Source: a virus. From it: DNA of 64,000 nt. The position numbers were made by a program, and so were the translations under genes. Below, one piece after another: positions 18,530 to 29,300 of this stretch. Within the stretch, counting starts at the first letter, position 1, and each line of letters begins with the position of its first letter. Below the pieces are notes generated by a model that was not told where the DNA came from, searched no databases, and saw only the letters and a list, made by a program, of their open reading frames with translations. The stretch lies in the IMG/VR virus record IMGVR_UViG_3300033148_007227, positions 1-64,000 of that record. One strand, written 5' to 3'.

Positions 18530-19624
18530 ATGACAAGGAAGATGCAAATTGTGAAAGTTAAATACTCTGATTCTGAAATCAGAAATAATCAAACAGGAAC
18601 CGGAAAGATTGTGTCTTCATCTATGAATGGAACAAATGTGAAAATCAGACAGGGTAAGAACAACAAACTTATAAATATTCCTCCTGGTAATATTAGAGTT
18701 ATAGGAAATAAGAAAGCTCAGGATGATGAAGATGGTGATTTTGTACCTGGTGAGTGGGATGAGCAAACAGTAACAATAGAGATGGCTAAGGAACTTGAGA
18801 TTGATCCTAATCTTGATATAGATGATTTACTCGATATTTTTGAATCTTTGGCTGAGAGAGTAGGAGAGGATTTTTACCCAGAGGATGTGGTAGACGCTCT
18901 TAATTTGGATCAATTTGATATCTCTACAATAGATGGATTGGAAAAAGCTGTGGACTTGATTCTTGAAAGTTATGATTTTTTTCCTGTGGAAAAAGGTGGT
19001 GTGTTTGAGGAATTAGAAGAATTTATAGATATATATGTTGAAGATGCTTCAGATTTTGGTGTGTTTTACTTTAAAGTTACAGCAGAAGGAAAAGAATATC
19101 TAGTTTTTATGGATGATAATGATGCTAGACATTATGCTGAAAGTTATGTAAAAGAAATGATGGAGACAGAACCAGAACTTTTTGCTAAGGATTTTTTGAA
19201 AGATTATGTTTATATCTCTCTAACTGATAGAAGGATGATTGCTCTTGATATGGCAAATAGTTATGTCTCGGATATTGATGATTATAGAGTAGTAGCGGAA
19301 GCTGGTATAGAAGATGAGTATATAGAAGCTGAAGAAAATGAAAATTATGAAATGATGAATGAGATAGTTGAAGAAGCCAGAGTAATTTTATCTGATAAGA
19401 TAGTGGCTGAGTGGGAAGAAGGGTTGAAAAATGATCCTATTGGTTTTTTGATTGATGAACAAGGTCTCTATTCAAGTGTTGATGAAATTGATTTCTTACA
19501 GTTTGATTATGATGAAGCAGTTAAGGATGCAATACGGATAGATGGGGTCGCTCATTTCATTGCTCATTATGATGGAAAAGAAAGGGAAACATCTAATGGG
19601 TTGTTATATTATAGAACTAATTAA
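18530..19624 (+). CDS. Highly acidic protein (possible DNA mimic) behind a basic SH3-like leader
   Basis: ATG 18530 after GGGAGG; the composition switches at NKKAQ to a D/E-rich domain. Confidence 0.75.
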   Translation: MTRKMQIVKVKYSDSEIRNNQTGTGKIVSSSMNGTNVKIRQGKNNKLINIPPGNIRVIGNKKAQDDEDGDFVPGEWDEQTVTIEMAKELEIDPNLDIDDLLDIFESLAERVGEDFYPEDVVDALNLDQFDISTIDGLEKAVDLILESYDFFPVEKGGVFEELEEFIDIYVEDASDFGVFYFKVTAEGKEYLVFMDDNDARHYAESYVKEMMETEPELFAKDFLKDYVYISLTDRRMIALDMANSYVSDIDDYRVVAEAGIEDEYIEAEENENYEMMNEIVEEARVILSDKIVAEWEEGLKNDPIGFLIDEQGLYSSVDEIDFLQFDYDEAVKDAIRIDGVAHFIAHYDGKERETSNGLLYYRTN

Positions 19625-19739
19625 TATTTAAGGTAAGATAATATGATGGGTGATTCAGTGAGAGTTAGTTTTGATTTCTATAATTATTTTCGTCATCATG
19701 GAAACCTGTCGAGAAAACTGTTGGGGTTTAGAAGTTTGA

Positions 19740-19958
19740 ATGAGAGAAATGAAAAAACTGAGAAATAAGAAGAAAGGAAAAGTTATAGGAGAATATTTGG
19801 TTATTGGTGTTCTCAGAAATAATGAATCTGAATCTTTTTATGTTCCTGAAGGTTATATTCCTGTGTCGGCTACTGCTTGGCCTTTTGGACATAGAATTAT
19901 ATGTGAAAAGAAAAGTTTACTCTATAAATATAGAAGATGGATAAGAGGAATTATTTAG
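19740..19958 (+). CDS. Hypothetical protein
   Basis: ORF only. Confidence 0.5.
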   Translation: MREMKKLRNKKKGKVIGEYLVIGVLRNNESESFYVPEGYIPVSATAWPFGHRIICEKKSLLYKYRRWIRGII

Positions 19959-20006
19959 TTAGAGAAAGTTAAAATTTGTATTATTTATTTAGGAGGAATT
20001 GAAAAT

Positions 20007-20234
20007 ATGAAAAGGATTAAACAATCTCAAACTTTATCTTCTGAGTACGCTTCAGTATTGAGAGATATGCTTGCTAATGAAAGTTTTTCAAATGTTTTGG
20101 ATTATATGGCTATGGAGGCCAGATATTATCGTGTTGAAGAAGATAATCCTGGGTTTATGGATATTGCAAATATTATAGAAGAAGCTAAAAGAAAAGTATG
20201 GGACATTGAAGGTGAGATGGTAGAAGGAGTTTGA
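20007..20234 (+). CDS. Small acidic protein with MKRIKQSQ leader
   Basis: AGGAGG RBS; basic leader followed by acidic helix. Confidence 0.8.
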   Translation: MKRIKQSQTLSSEYASVLRDMLANESFSNVLDYMAMEARYYRVEEDNPGFMDIANIIEEAKRKVWDIEGEMVEGV

Positions 20235-20236
20235 TT

Positions 20237-20385
20237 ATGAAAAGAATTAAATGAGCACAGGAAGGTCTTGAAACTGTTCTGATCTGGTATTATCAACAGT
20301 TCATAAAATTGATGGGTATCTGATAGAACTAAGGGATTTAAGGACGGCTTTGGAAGAGGCCAGCAAAGGAATAGCGGAAGAATAA
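20237..20385 (+). pseudogene. Decayed small gene with MKRIK*AQ leader
   Basis: AAGGAG RBS; MKRIK*AQEGLETV, then a 1-nt frameshift into SDLVLSTVHKIDGYLIELRDLRTALEEASKGIAEE*. Confidence 0.55.
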
Positions 20386-20387
20386 TT

Positions 20388-21047
20388 ATGTGGAAATTGG
20401 ATTCATTAAATAAAGCACAATTTATTTCTTTTATGATGGAAAAATGTAAACTTGTCAAACCTTATTGTGAAGAATGTAATTTTAATAGTAAAGATGGAAA
20501 AAGAGGACTATGTGATAAATTAAGAGATAAAGTAAAAAATACACTAAAAAATGTTGAGAATGAAGATTACAAAAAAATTAAAGAGCTGGTGAAAGTAATG
20601 CCTGAAAAAGATAAAAGAGATTTTACTATGAAAGAATTTGAAAGTGAGAAGCATACTTGCTTGAGGAGAACAAGTCAGATTGGTCCTTGGGATAGAAGTG
20701 AAAATCTTGACACCTGGGAAAAGAGAGGTAAGGATAGAGTTTGTTCATTCTGTGGATCAATGCACCCTGATGAGTTTTTAAAGTTTTGTAAAGATGTTGA
20801 TGGAATTAATAGATATGTGTTACAATCAGATAGGAAGAATAAGTTTTATATAAGAAGACCAGAAGTCAATAATGCAGGAGAGGGAGCTATAAAGTTTTAT
20901 TTACATCATTCTAAAGGATTTAGTGATGAAGAAATTGCTATAATCAAAGGAGCTATTGAATTATCAAACTTGAAAGGAAATGAGAGAATGAAAGAATACA
21001 AACAGAAACTAAAAAAATTGATTGAAGAGGATAAAAAGGAAGAATAG
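20388..21047 (+). CDS. Hypothetical Zn-binding phage protein
   Basis: CEEC, CSFCGSMHP, KFYLHH motifs. Confidence 0.75.
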   Translation: MWKLDSLNKAQFISFMMEKCKLVKPYCEECNFNSKDGKRGLCDKLRDKVKNTLKNVENEDYKKIKELVKVMPEKDKRDFTMKEFESEKHTCLRRTSQIGPWDRSENLDTWEKRGKDRVCSFCGSMHPDEFLKFCKDVDGINRYVLQSDRKNKFYIRRPEVNNAGEGAIKFYLHHSKGFSDEEIAIIKGAIELSNLKGNERMKEYKQKLKKLIEEDKKEE

Positions 21048-21255
21048 GTTGGCTTATTTTAATTCATGTTCTATTTGTAAAAAAGATGACATTGGACTTG
21101 AAACTTGTTTCAAATGTTCAGATTTTACATTTGACAGACCTATATCTTTTATACTTCCTAGTTCTAAATTGACAAGAGATGAATTTATAACAAAATTGTA
21201 TCAGATGATTATGGAAGATAAGAAATTTGGAATGGAATTTTTTGAATTAGGATGA
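21022..21255 (+). CDS. Small Cys-rich hypothetical protein
   Basis: TTG start after GAAG; CSIC...CFKC. Confidence 0.5.
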   Translation: MKRIKRKNRLAYFNSCSICKKDDIGLETCFKCSDFTFDRPISFILPSSKLTRDEFITKLYQMIMEDKKFGMEFFELG

Positions 21256-21343
21256 AAAGAATTAACACAGTAGCAGAGATGAATCTGGATATAATAAGGA
21301 ATTTGTTGAGCTGGAAGAACGTAATTAACAAAGGAGGGAAAAA

Positions 21344-22246
21344 ATGTCAAAAGAATCAATGCTAACAAACGTGGCACGGAAAGGTCGTGCTAAGAAGGTA
21401 ATGAGCCTGCTCGAAGTCAGTGCAGATGTATACGCTGATAATGATGTTGGTTATGATCTCCGGTGGGCGGCTGAAGAAGGTGAGACGGAAGCAGTAAAAC
21501 TTTTGCTCGATGCTGGTGCGGATGTACACACTGATAATGATTATGCTCTTCGTTTAGCGGCTGAAAATGGTCATACGGAAATAGTAAAAATCCTACTCGA
21601 TGCAGGTGCAGATGTACACGCTGAAGATGATTATGCTCTTCGTTGGGCGGCTAATGAAGGTCATGCGGACGTGGTAAAAATCCTGCTGGATGCTGGTGCG
21701 GATGTACATACTAGAAATGATTGTGCTCTCCAGTGGGCGGCTAAAAACGGTCATACGGAAGTAGTAAAAATCCTCCTCGAAGCTGGAGCAGGTATACATG
21801 CTAATGGTGGTTGCGCTCTCTGTTGGGCGGCTGAATATGGTCATACAGAGGTGGTGAAAGTCCTGCTCGATGTCGGGGCGGATATACATGCTAACAATGA
21901 CGAGGCTCTTCGTTGGACGGCTAAAAATGGTTATGCAGAAGTAGTAAAAATTTTGCTTGATGCTGGAGCGAATATACACGCTATAGATGATTATGCTCTC
22001 CGTTGGGCGGCTAAAAATGGACATATAGACGTAGTAAAACTCCTGCTCGATGCTGGAGCGAATATACATGCTGATGATGATTACGCTCTCCGGTGGGCGG
22101 CTAGAAATGGCCACGTGGACGTGGTGAAACTCCTACTTGATGCAGGAGCGGATGTACATGCTGAGAATGATTACGCTCTCCGCTGGGCAATCGAAAATGG
22201 TTATATGGAGATAGTGGAAATTTTACAGCAAGCTGATAATCAATAG
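21344..22246 (+). CDS. Ankyrin-repeat protein (about 9 repeats)
   Basis: MSKESMLTNVARKG N-cap, 30-aa repeats, IVEILQQADNQ C-cap. Confidence 0.93.
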   Translation: MSKESMLTNVARKGRAKKVMSLLEVSADVYADNDVGYDLRWAAEEGETEAVKLLLDAGADVHTDNDYALRLAAENGHTEIVKILLDAGADVHAEDDYALRWAANEGHADVVKILLDAGADVHTRNDCALQWAAKNGHTEVVKILLEAGAGIHANGGCALCWAAEYGHTEVVKVLLDVGADIHANNDEALRWTAKNGYAEVVKILLDAGANIHAIDDYALRWAAKNGHIDVVKLLLDAGANIHADDDYALRWAARNGHVDVVKLLLDAGADVHAENDYALRWAIENGYMEIVEILQQADNQ

Positions 22247-22267
22247 CCAGGAAGGAAAGAAGGAAAA

Positions 22268-22975
22268 ATGTCAAAAGAATCAATGCTAATAAACGTGGCA
22301 CAGAAAGGTCGTGTTGATGATGATATTAATCACGATCTCTGGTGGGCGGCTGAAGAAGGTCACGCGGACGTGGTAAAACTCCTGCTCGATGCAGGAGCAG
22401 ATATACATGCTGATGATGATTGGGCTCTTCGTTTAGCGGCTAGAAAAGGTCATATAGAAGTAGTGAAACTTCTCCTCGATGCTGGCGCGGATATCCATGC
22501 TGATAACGATTATGCTCTCCGGTGGGCGGCTAAAGAAGGCCATACGGACGTGGTAAAACTCCTCCTCGATGCTGGTGCAAATATACATGCTAATGATGAT
22601 TGTGCTTTCCGATGGGCTGTTATAACAAATCATGCAGATATAGTAAAAATCTTGATAGATGCTGGTGCGGATGTACACACTGATAATGATTATGCTCTTC
22701 GTTTAGCGGCTGAAAATGGTTATGTGGAAGTAGTAAAACTCCTGCTCGATGCAGGTGCAGATATACATGCTGACAATGATTCTGCTCTCCGCTGGGCGGT
22801 TAGAAATGACCATGTGGAAGTGGTGAAAATACTGATAGATGCAGGTGCAGATGTACATGCTAACAATGATGAGGCTCTCCGTTGTGCAGTTGCATATGAT
22901 TATGTAGAAATAGTGAAAATTCTGCTCAATGCAGGTGCGAATATACACGCTAGAAATGGTTCTGCTCTTTGCTAA
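22268..22975 (+). CDS. Ankyrin-repeat protein with premature stop before the C-cap
   Basis: Repeats end at ALC*; the frame continues TIENDHTEIVKILQQADNQ* to 23035. Confidence 0.88.
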   Translation: MSKESMLINVAQKGRVDDDINHDLWWAAEEGHADVVKLLLDAGADIHADDDWALRLAARKGHIEVVKLLLDAGADIHADNDYALRWAAKEGHTDVVKLLLDAGANIHANDDCAFRWAVITNHADIVKILIDAGADVHTDNDYALRLAAENGYVEVVKLLLDAGADIHADNDSALRWAVRNDHVEVVKILIDAGADVHANNDEALRCAVAYDYVEIVKILLNAGANIHARNGSALC

Positions 22976-23061
22976 ACAATCGAAAATGACCATACGGAGA
23001 TAGTAAAAATTCTACAACAAGCTGATAATCAATAGCCAGAAAGGAAAGGAGAGAAAGAGAA

Positions 23062-23268
23062 GTGGATGATTTGAAAGAAATAGTTGAAGGTTTGAAGGCA
23101 ATGAAGAATATTTTTAAAAAGAAGGAAGAGCAGTACAGACAAGCGGTTAAAGAAGGAAAATTAACTTTTTATGATTATTCTGAGTTCTTGGAAAAAGTTT
23201 CTATGTGTGTAGTACACGATAAACATCTTTTAGATTTAATTACAAAGTTAGATGATACAGTATCTTAG
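23062..23268 (+). CDS. Hypothetical protein
   Basis: GTG start after purine-rich RBS region. Confidence 0.55.
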   Translation: MDDLKEIVEGLKAMKNIFKKKEEQYRQAVKEGKLTFYDYSEFLEKVSMCVVHDKHLLDLITKLDDTVS

Positions 23269-23290
23269 TAATGTGATATAAATTAATAAT

Positions 23291-24013
23291 ATGAGACAAG
23301 CACTCACAACAGTCTCAGATAGTGAGAATATCAGGCATACAGCAGTTACGGGAAATTGTGCTGTTTGTAAACTCACAAGAATTAATCCTGAAGTGGATAG
23401 GATTGTTCATAAACAGAAATTTGATGAACAACTTATGGTTAAAGATGTTATTGATATTCTTGAAGAGAAAGGTATAAGTGATATTAAGTATCAGGTTCTT
23501 GGAAAACATTATAGGAATCATCTTCCTCCTAATCTTTCTATGGAGTATAGAAAACAATCTTATGCAAACAGGATCAGGAATAAAGGTCCAGTAGATTGTG
23601 CTGATACCAGAAAGTTAAGTATGGAGTTTGATGCTCTTGTTCAACTGAAGGAATTGTTTGCTGATTTATCAGCTAAAATGTCAAAATTCGAGAGAGAGCA
23701 TGGATCAGAACTCAAGGTTTCTCATCTTCCTGTTATGAGTAGTATAACAGGAGAACTAAGAAGGATAGCTAATGATATATCTAAAATTACAACCGATAGA
23801 GAATATGTAAAAGAGATAGTTGTAAAAGTTTATTATGATAATTTTAAAAGTATCTCAGTAGATGTCGGTAATCTTTTTAAGGAAGTGATATTGAGCTCAA
23901 TTGACAACCCTGGAAAAAGAGAAGAAATGCTGTTTCTCATAAAAGAAAGATTGGGTAGATCATTTGAGAAGAACTTCAAAAAGTTTGATGAAGAGTTAGG
24001 AAAGAAATTATAA
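23291..24013 (+). CDS. Terminase small subunit candidate
   Basis: CAVC...HYRNH Zn/HTH-like N-terminus, helical C-terminus, located just upstream of TerL. Confidence 0.5.
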   Translation: MRQALTTVSDSENIRHTAVTGNCAVCKLTRINPEVDRIVHKQKFDEQLMVKDVIDILEEKGISDIKYQVLGKHYRNHLPPNLSMEYRKQSYANRIRNKGPVDCADTRKLSMEFDALVQLKELFADLSAKMSKFEREHGSELKVSHLPVMSSITGELRRIANDISKITTDREYVKEIVVKVYYDNFKSISVDVGNLFKEVILSSIDNPGKREEMLFLIKERLGRSFEKNFKKFDEELGKKL

Positions 24014-24113
24014 GTTAGGATAATAGGGTAAAACATACCTGTAAATTTTGTGGAGAATAGTGTGAAGATATAAAATGAGTTTGATAATTGTGTATTAATC
24101 TAAAAGGTGATTT

Positions 24114-24422
24114 ATGATGGAGATGACTACAGATGGAAAGATATATGAATCACGAATAGATTATATAGGTAGATGTTATAGATGTGGGAAGTTTGTTGAT
24201 GGTACAGGTGATTATCATTATTGTATTTCAAGGATAGAATTAATGTCTCCAATGAAATGTCCTAAATGTGGATCAGATACGAATACGGCTGTTTGTGATT
24301 GGATAAACAGAGAAGGTTGTTATGCTAAGTTTGAAAATGGAAAATGGGAGAAAGGATGTATTTTTGATACAGGAAATGATCTTTTCTTAAAAAATTATGC
24401 TACGAAACTGGTAGGAGGGTAA
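24114..24422 (+). CDS. Cys-rich hypothetical protein
   Basis: CYRC, CPKCG motifs. Confidence 0.65.
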   Translation: MMEMTTDGKIYESRIDYIGRCYRCGKFVDGTGDYHYCISRIELMSPMKCPKCGSDTNTAVCDWINREGCYAKFENGKWEKGCIFDTGNDLFLKNYATKLVGG

Positions 24423-26294
24423 TTGTCTTTTCTTGATTCAAGTGCAAGAGTCAGAGAGTTGAGAAGGAATTTAGATTATGTTTTAGATAATGTTATTACT
24501 GATAATAATGTTTTAGAATTGAGACACCCTAGTTCAATTATCGAATGGGCGGCTTCAGGTAAATTTCTTGGACTCAAGGGAATCTTCGATAATAGAGGAC
24601 AGTATTATGCACTGAGGGAGTTCTTTCAGTGTTACTGTCCTCTTTGTGCTTCATTTTCCGGTACTGATGTTTTTACAGTAGATAAGAAAGAACTGTATAA
24701 TGATAAAATCTTAGTATGGGAAAATGGAAAAGAGTATTGTCCTGAATGCGGGTTAGAAAAGAAAACTCTTGTAGAGGAGGGGTTACTTAATAATTATAAT
24801 ATTCTTTTAGGTATAGTGGGAATGAGAGCAGGTAAAACTATGCTTGCCTCAATCATAATGACATATTTTGAACAGTTTATTTTGAGTCTTGGTAATATAA
24901 AAGATTGTCTTGGTCTTCACAAATCTCCTCATATTGAATTATGTTGTCTTGCTGTTTCTGGTAAACAAACAAAAGATACAATATGGGCGCAGTTTATAAA
25001 TTTAAGAAGAGATACAGAGTGGTTTAGGAATCTTGATAATCAAATGGTAGATTTGGGTTTTGTAAAAAGTGGTGATTATATAATCTTATCAGAAGAAATA
25101 ATTAATAATGTTTATGGATATAAGATTGTAGGAATGAACTCATCATCAGCTACTTTAGCAGGTAGAACCAGAATTATTTATGTGATTGATGAGCTTGGAA
25201 GATTTGATACTACTGAATCTAAAAGATCAGCTTCGGAAGTTTGGAGAGTTGGAAATCATAGTTTGAAAACTGTAAGAAAATTAGTAAATGAAAAGAAACT
25301 TCCATACTGGATGGGATCATTAATAGCTATTGAGAGTCCTATATCTGTTGATGATTATGGAATGAAAAGACTTGATGTGAAAGATGAGAATATGTTTTCT
25401 ATGAAATTTTCTACTTGGGAATTTAATAGAGAATATAAAGAAGAAGATTTTGAGCAGGAATTTAAAGAAGACTATCACGGAGCAAAAAGAGACTTTGGAG
25501 CTGATCCTCCTGGTTCTGCTATTCCATTTATTGAAGATTGGGAATTATTTAAAAATTTTGTTGAAGATCATGAGTTAGTTTCTCAATTTGAATTTTCTTC
25601 TGTTGATAGATATGTGGGTGAAGTTTGTTATATCGGAAAAACCATGACTTTTGGAACTGTAGATTTGGGAGACTGGTTTATAGCTTGTGATGCAGGAAAA
25701 AGCAGGGATACATTTGCTATTGTAGGAGCAAAAAGAGAGTTTACTGATAATGGAGAAGTTAAACTTGTCCAAGGTTTTGGAGTTCATATTCTTCCAGACG
25801 CGAAAAATAAAAGATATGTTGATTTTTTAAGTATTGAATCTTTATTGGAATCTATTTGTAAGAAGATAAAAGTTAATAAAATATGCTTTGATTACTGGAA
25901 CTCTGAAACTATAGTTCAAAGTTTACAAAGAAAAGGTTATAATGTTGAACAGTATCCTATGAGTTCTGTAAGACTCGCCGATTTTTTTTCTTTCAAAGCC
26001 GCAGCTCTACAAGGAAAAATAAAGTTGCTTCCAAGGAAAGGTTCTGAGGATGGGGAACCTAAACTTATGGATTCTCAGACGAGGCTTTATTGGGAAATGA
26101 AGAGGATGCAGAGAGATAAAAATTTATCTAAGGTGGATCATTCTCATGATTCTACTTCGGATTTGTTTGAATGTGTTGTCAATTGTCATAGGATGATGAC
26201 TTCTGGTTTTAATAAAAATAATCCAGGATGTTATGGAGGGTCTAATTATTCAACCAGCACAATGGGAAGCATAGCAAGATTTAGTAGATGGTAG
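24423..26294 (+). CDS. terL: Terminase large subunit
   Basis: Walker A GMRAGKT, Walker B IYVIDE, RNase H-like nuclease IACDAG...D, FDYWNS, KVDH...SD. Confidence 0.88.
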   Translation: MSFLDSSARVRELRRNLDYVLDNVITDNNVLELRHPSSIIEWAASGKFLGLKGIFDNRGQYYALREFFQCYCPLCASFSGTDVFTVDKKELYNDKILVWENGKEYCPECGLEKKTLVEEGLLNNYNILLGIVGMRAGKTMLASIIMTYFEQFILSLGNIKDCLGLHKSPHIELCCLAVSGKQTKDTIWAQFINLRRDTEWFRNLDNQMVDLGFVKSGDYIILSEEIINNVYGYKIVGMNSSSATLAGRTRIIYVIDELGRFDTTESKRSASEVWRVGNHSLKTVRKLVNEKKLPYWMGSLIAIESPISVDDYGMKRLDVKDENMFSMKFSTWEFNREYKEEDFEQEFKEDYHGAKRDFGADPPGSAIPFIEDWELFKNFVEDHELVSQFEFSSVDRYVGEVCYIGKTMTFGTVDLGDWFIACDAGKSRDTFAIVGAKREFTDNGEVKLVQGFGVHILPDAKNKRYVDFLSIESLLESICKKIKVNKICFDYWNSETIVQSLQRKGYNVEQYPMSSVRLADFFSFKAAALQGKIKLLPRKGSEDGEPKLMDSQTRLYWEMKRMQRDKNLSKVDHSHDSTSDLFECVVNCHRMMTSGFNKNNPGCYGGSNYSTSTMGSIARFSRW

Positions 26295-26326
26295 TTTAAA
26301 ATTTTTGATGATTAAGTGTTTATAAT
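26295..26326 (+). promoter_or_regulatory. Putative late promoter
   Basis: TTTAAA-atttttgatgattaagtgtt-TATAAT (20-nt spacer). Confidence 0.55.
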
Positions 26327-26382
26327 AGAAGTGATAGAACTTGAATATTGTGATAAGTTATAATATAGGTTAACTAAGGAGT

Positions 26383-29300
26383 TTGAGATTGGTAGAGATT
26401 GAATATTATGATAAATCAAAGCATAAGTTAACTGAAGAATTTAAGGATGAAGTTTATCTTTTTATACCTTCTTTGGGAATGAACTTAGTTATTATATATG
26501 ATGGAAAAATAGTTGGAGGTATAGAAGCTTATAAAAGTGGAGGAGAGATTTTTTTAAGTGCTATTTATGTTCTGTCTTCTTATTCAGGAAAAGGAATTGG
26601 AAAAGATGCAATAAGTAAGCTCTTTGATTTTTTTGGTTCTGATATAATTATTGGAGAAGCAACTGAAGATTCAATAGGTTTTTGGAAAAGTATTGGAGCT
26701 AAGTTTACTGACTCTGAAAAATTTGAATTTGAATTAACGAGGGATGATTTTATGAAAAATGCAAGTATTAAAAAGGATGTATTGGGAACCGGGAATATTC
26801 TGAGATATGTTTGTCCCTCTTGTATGGATTTAATTACATTGACTCAGGAAGATCAAGATTATTGTCCTTCATGTCAATCAAAATTGCTTCCGGTTCTTCA
26901 TGTAAACATGAGCAAGAGTAAGAATAGAAGAAGGTCTTATTTGACGGATGAAGTGGAAAATAAAATTATGGATTTAACGAATTATTTTGGTTATAGTTTG
27001 GATGATCCAGAAGTTTTGGTTGATGAACTTTCTGTTCTTTTTCCTGAATATGAATGGAGTGAATTGTTTGATATGGTTATGGATTATGAAAGAGATTATT
27101 ATGATGAAGATTATGAGGATTTGATGGAGGAGAGACTGTATAAGAAAAATAGGGAAGCTCAAAATAAAGGTAAGAAAAAGTCTCAGGAAAAAGGAACTCC
27201 TGTTTATGAGATAGAAAATTATAGTGTAGAAAATCCAGAAAACTCAAACAATAATGATAAAGGTCTTCCCGGAGGTTTGGCTGATGGGGTTCCTGATGAT
27301 GAGTTCGATCGGAAACAGTTAGAAAAAGGGATCAATGTGGAATTGGAACATACAGACGACCCTGAAATAGCTAAGGACATAGCAAAGGATCATCTCATGG
27401 AAATGAACGATTATTATGATAGGTTAGAAGAAATGGAAGAAGAAGCTAAGAAGGAAAAAACTAAAGGGGCTAAGAAAAGAATAAAAAGTCGAATAGTTAA
27501 AAACAGCACAAACGGAAATGATATATTAAGAGAAAAATGGGAGCATGAACAGCAGGAAATCCAGAATTTGATTGATGAATTTATAAACGATTGGGCTTTA
27601 GAGGCTGGAATTACTGATCCTTTTGATGATAGAATATATGATATTTTAGATGAGTTTCATGAGTTTAAAAAGAAATTTGGGTTGTTTCTAAATTTAGAAG
27701 AATTTTTTGAGAGTATTCTTGATAACTGGCCTTATGAAGAATCGAAAAAAAGTAAACGAGAAATTGGAAAAAATAAAGTTATAGGTTGGATATGGAAGAA
27801 GGCTGAGAGAGAGTGTGGGAAAAATGCTTCTGAAAAGGATGTTAGAGCATTGTATAATAAATTAAAAAATAAATATAGTGAGAAAGGTGAAATTGCTGTA
27901 TCTAGTTCTAAAAGGATAAAACTATATAGTGATGTATCTGATCCTTATAATAAAAATTATCCGTCTCAATTTATTGATGGTCTGGAAGAAGATGAAGGAG
28001 TTTATGATGATGTGGAAGTAGGTGAAGAAGTTTTGATTGATTACTTTGATCCTCTTATCAGAAGACATCGTGTTGATACAGGTTTTGTTGAGAAAATTAG
28101 AGAAGATGGTTTAATTTTAGTTAGATTAAATCATAATAATATGTTAATTAATGTTCCTCTGTTTGATGTACATAAAATTAGCAAGAAATCTTATAATAAA
28201 AATTATTCACAATCAAAGTATTCAAAAGTTAAAAAGATTATTATGGAAAGTAAAAAAAATTCTATGACCGATGAGGCTCAGAAATTTATTAGTGATAAGA
28301 TTCGTAAACTTATGGATGAAGGAAAACCACAGAACCAGGCTATTGCTATAGCTTATGAGATGGCACGAGAAAGAGGTTATGATGTTCCAAATAAACCTAA
28401 GAAATCAAAAGTTATAGACTGGGTTTGGAAAAAGGCTGAATCTAATAAGAAAAGAAGAAATAAAAAAAGAAAAAGTAAACTTCATCTAGAAGAAATATAT
28501 ATAGTCCGAGAGGATGAACCGAAGAAAACTTTGGTGGGAGTTTTTAGAGATAAGGAAAAAGCTTTTAATTATGCCTCTCTTTGGAAAGATGAGAATGGGG
28601 CTAAAGTTTATAAAATTACTGATCCAGAAAAAATAAAATTATATATTGAGTACAGATTCAACTTTGATCTTTCTAGTGATATATCTTATCCTTACTTTAG
28701 GAGTAGTGATAAAAAGAAAAAATCTGTAAATATGGATGATCTGAAAAATGTTCCTGTATCTGGTGTGTATAAACTTGGGAAGAAATCTTTGAATGAGGAT
28801 TATTCTTATTCAAAATCCAAACAGTCAAAAATGAAAAGGTTATATTATCAAACTAAGGAAGATTTAGAAAGAAGGATAACTGAACTTTCAGATAGGTTTA
28901 TGGAACTTGGTGATATGTTGAAGGAAGCTAATGCTCTTCATCAAGAAATAAAAGATATAATTAATACTATTGCTTCTGCAAGGACAGGGTTGCTCTACGA
29001 GCTTAGAAAAGTTACTGATGATTATAAGAGAATGAAAAGACGGTTTTTTAAAATTAAAAAAGCTCAATGGTTTGATACTAATGAAGATAGAGAAATTGAA
29101 GAAATGGGCAAAGATATAGAGCAACTATCAAGAGAATGGGAATCTCTTGATAGAGAAATAAGTGAGACTGAAAGGGAACTTTATGATCTTGAAAGAGATA
29201 GAGAAGATGTAAAAAGAGAAATGGAAGATGTAGCTAGAGAACTTAGTGAAGCTGGAAAAGAATTTGATATTGATACTATGAGTTATTATACATATCCTAT

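Noticed and set aside
363-22993. Minus-strand ORFs antisense to the ankyrin genes (MTISSRP..., MYIRTSI...) and other short antisense ORFs in the track
   Set aside because: Shadow frames produced by repeat periodicity and codon bias; no RBS or protein motifs, and the whole window is + strand coding
1-23035. Diversity-generating retroelement acting on the ankyrin repeats
   Set aside because: No reverse transcriptase in the window, and differences between repeats involve all four bases rather than adenines only
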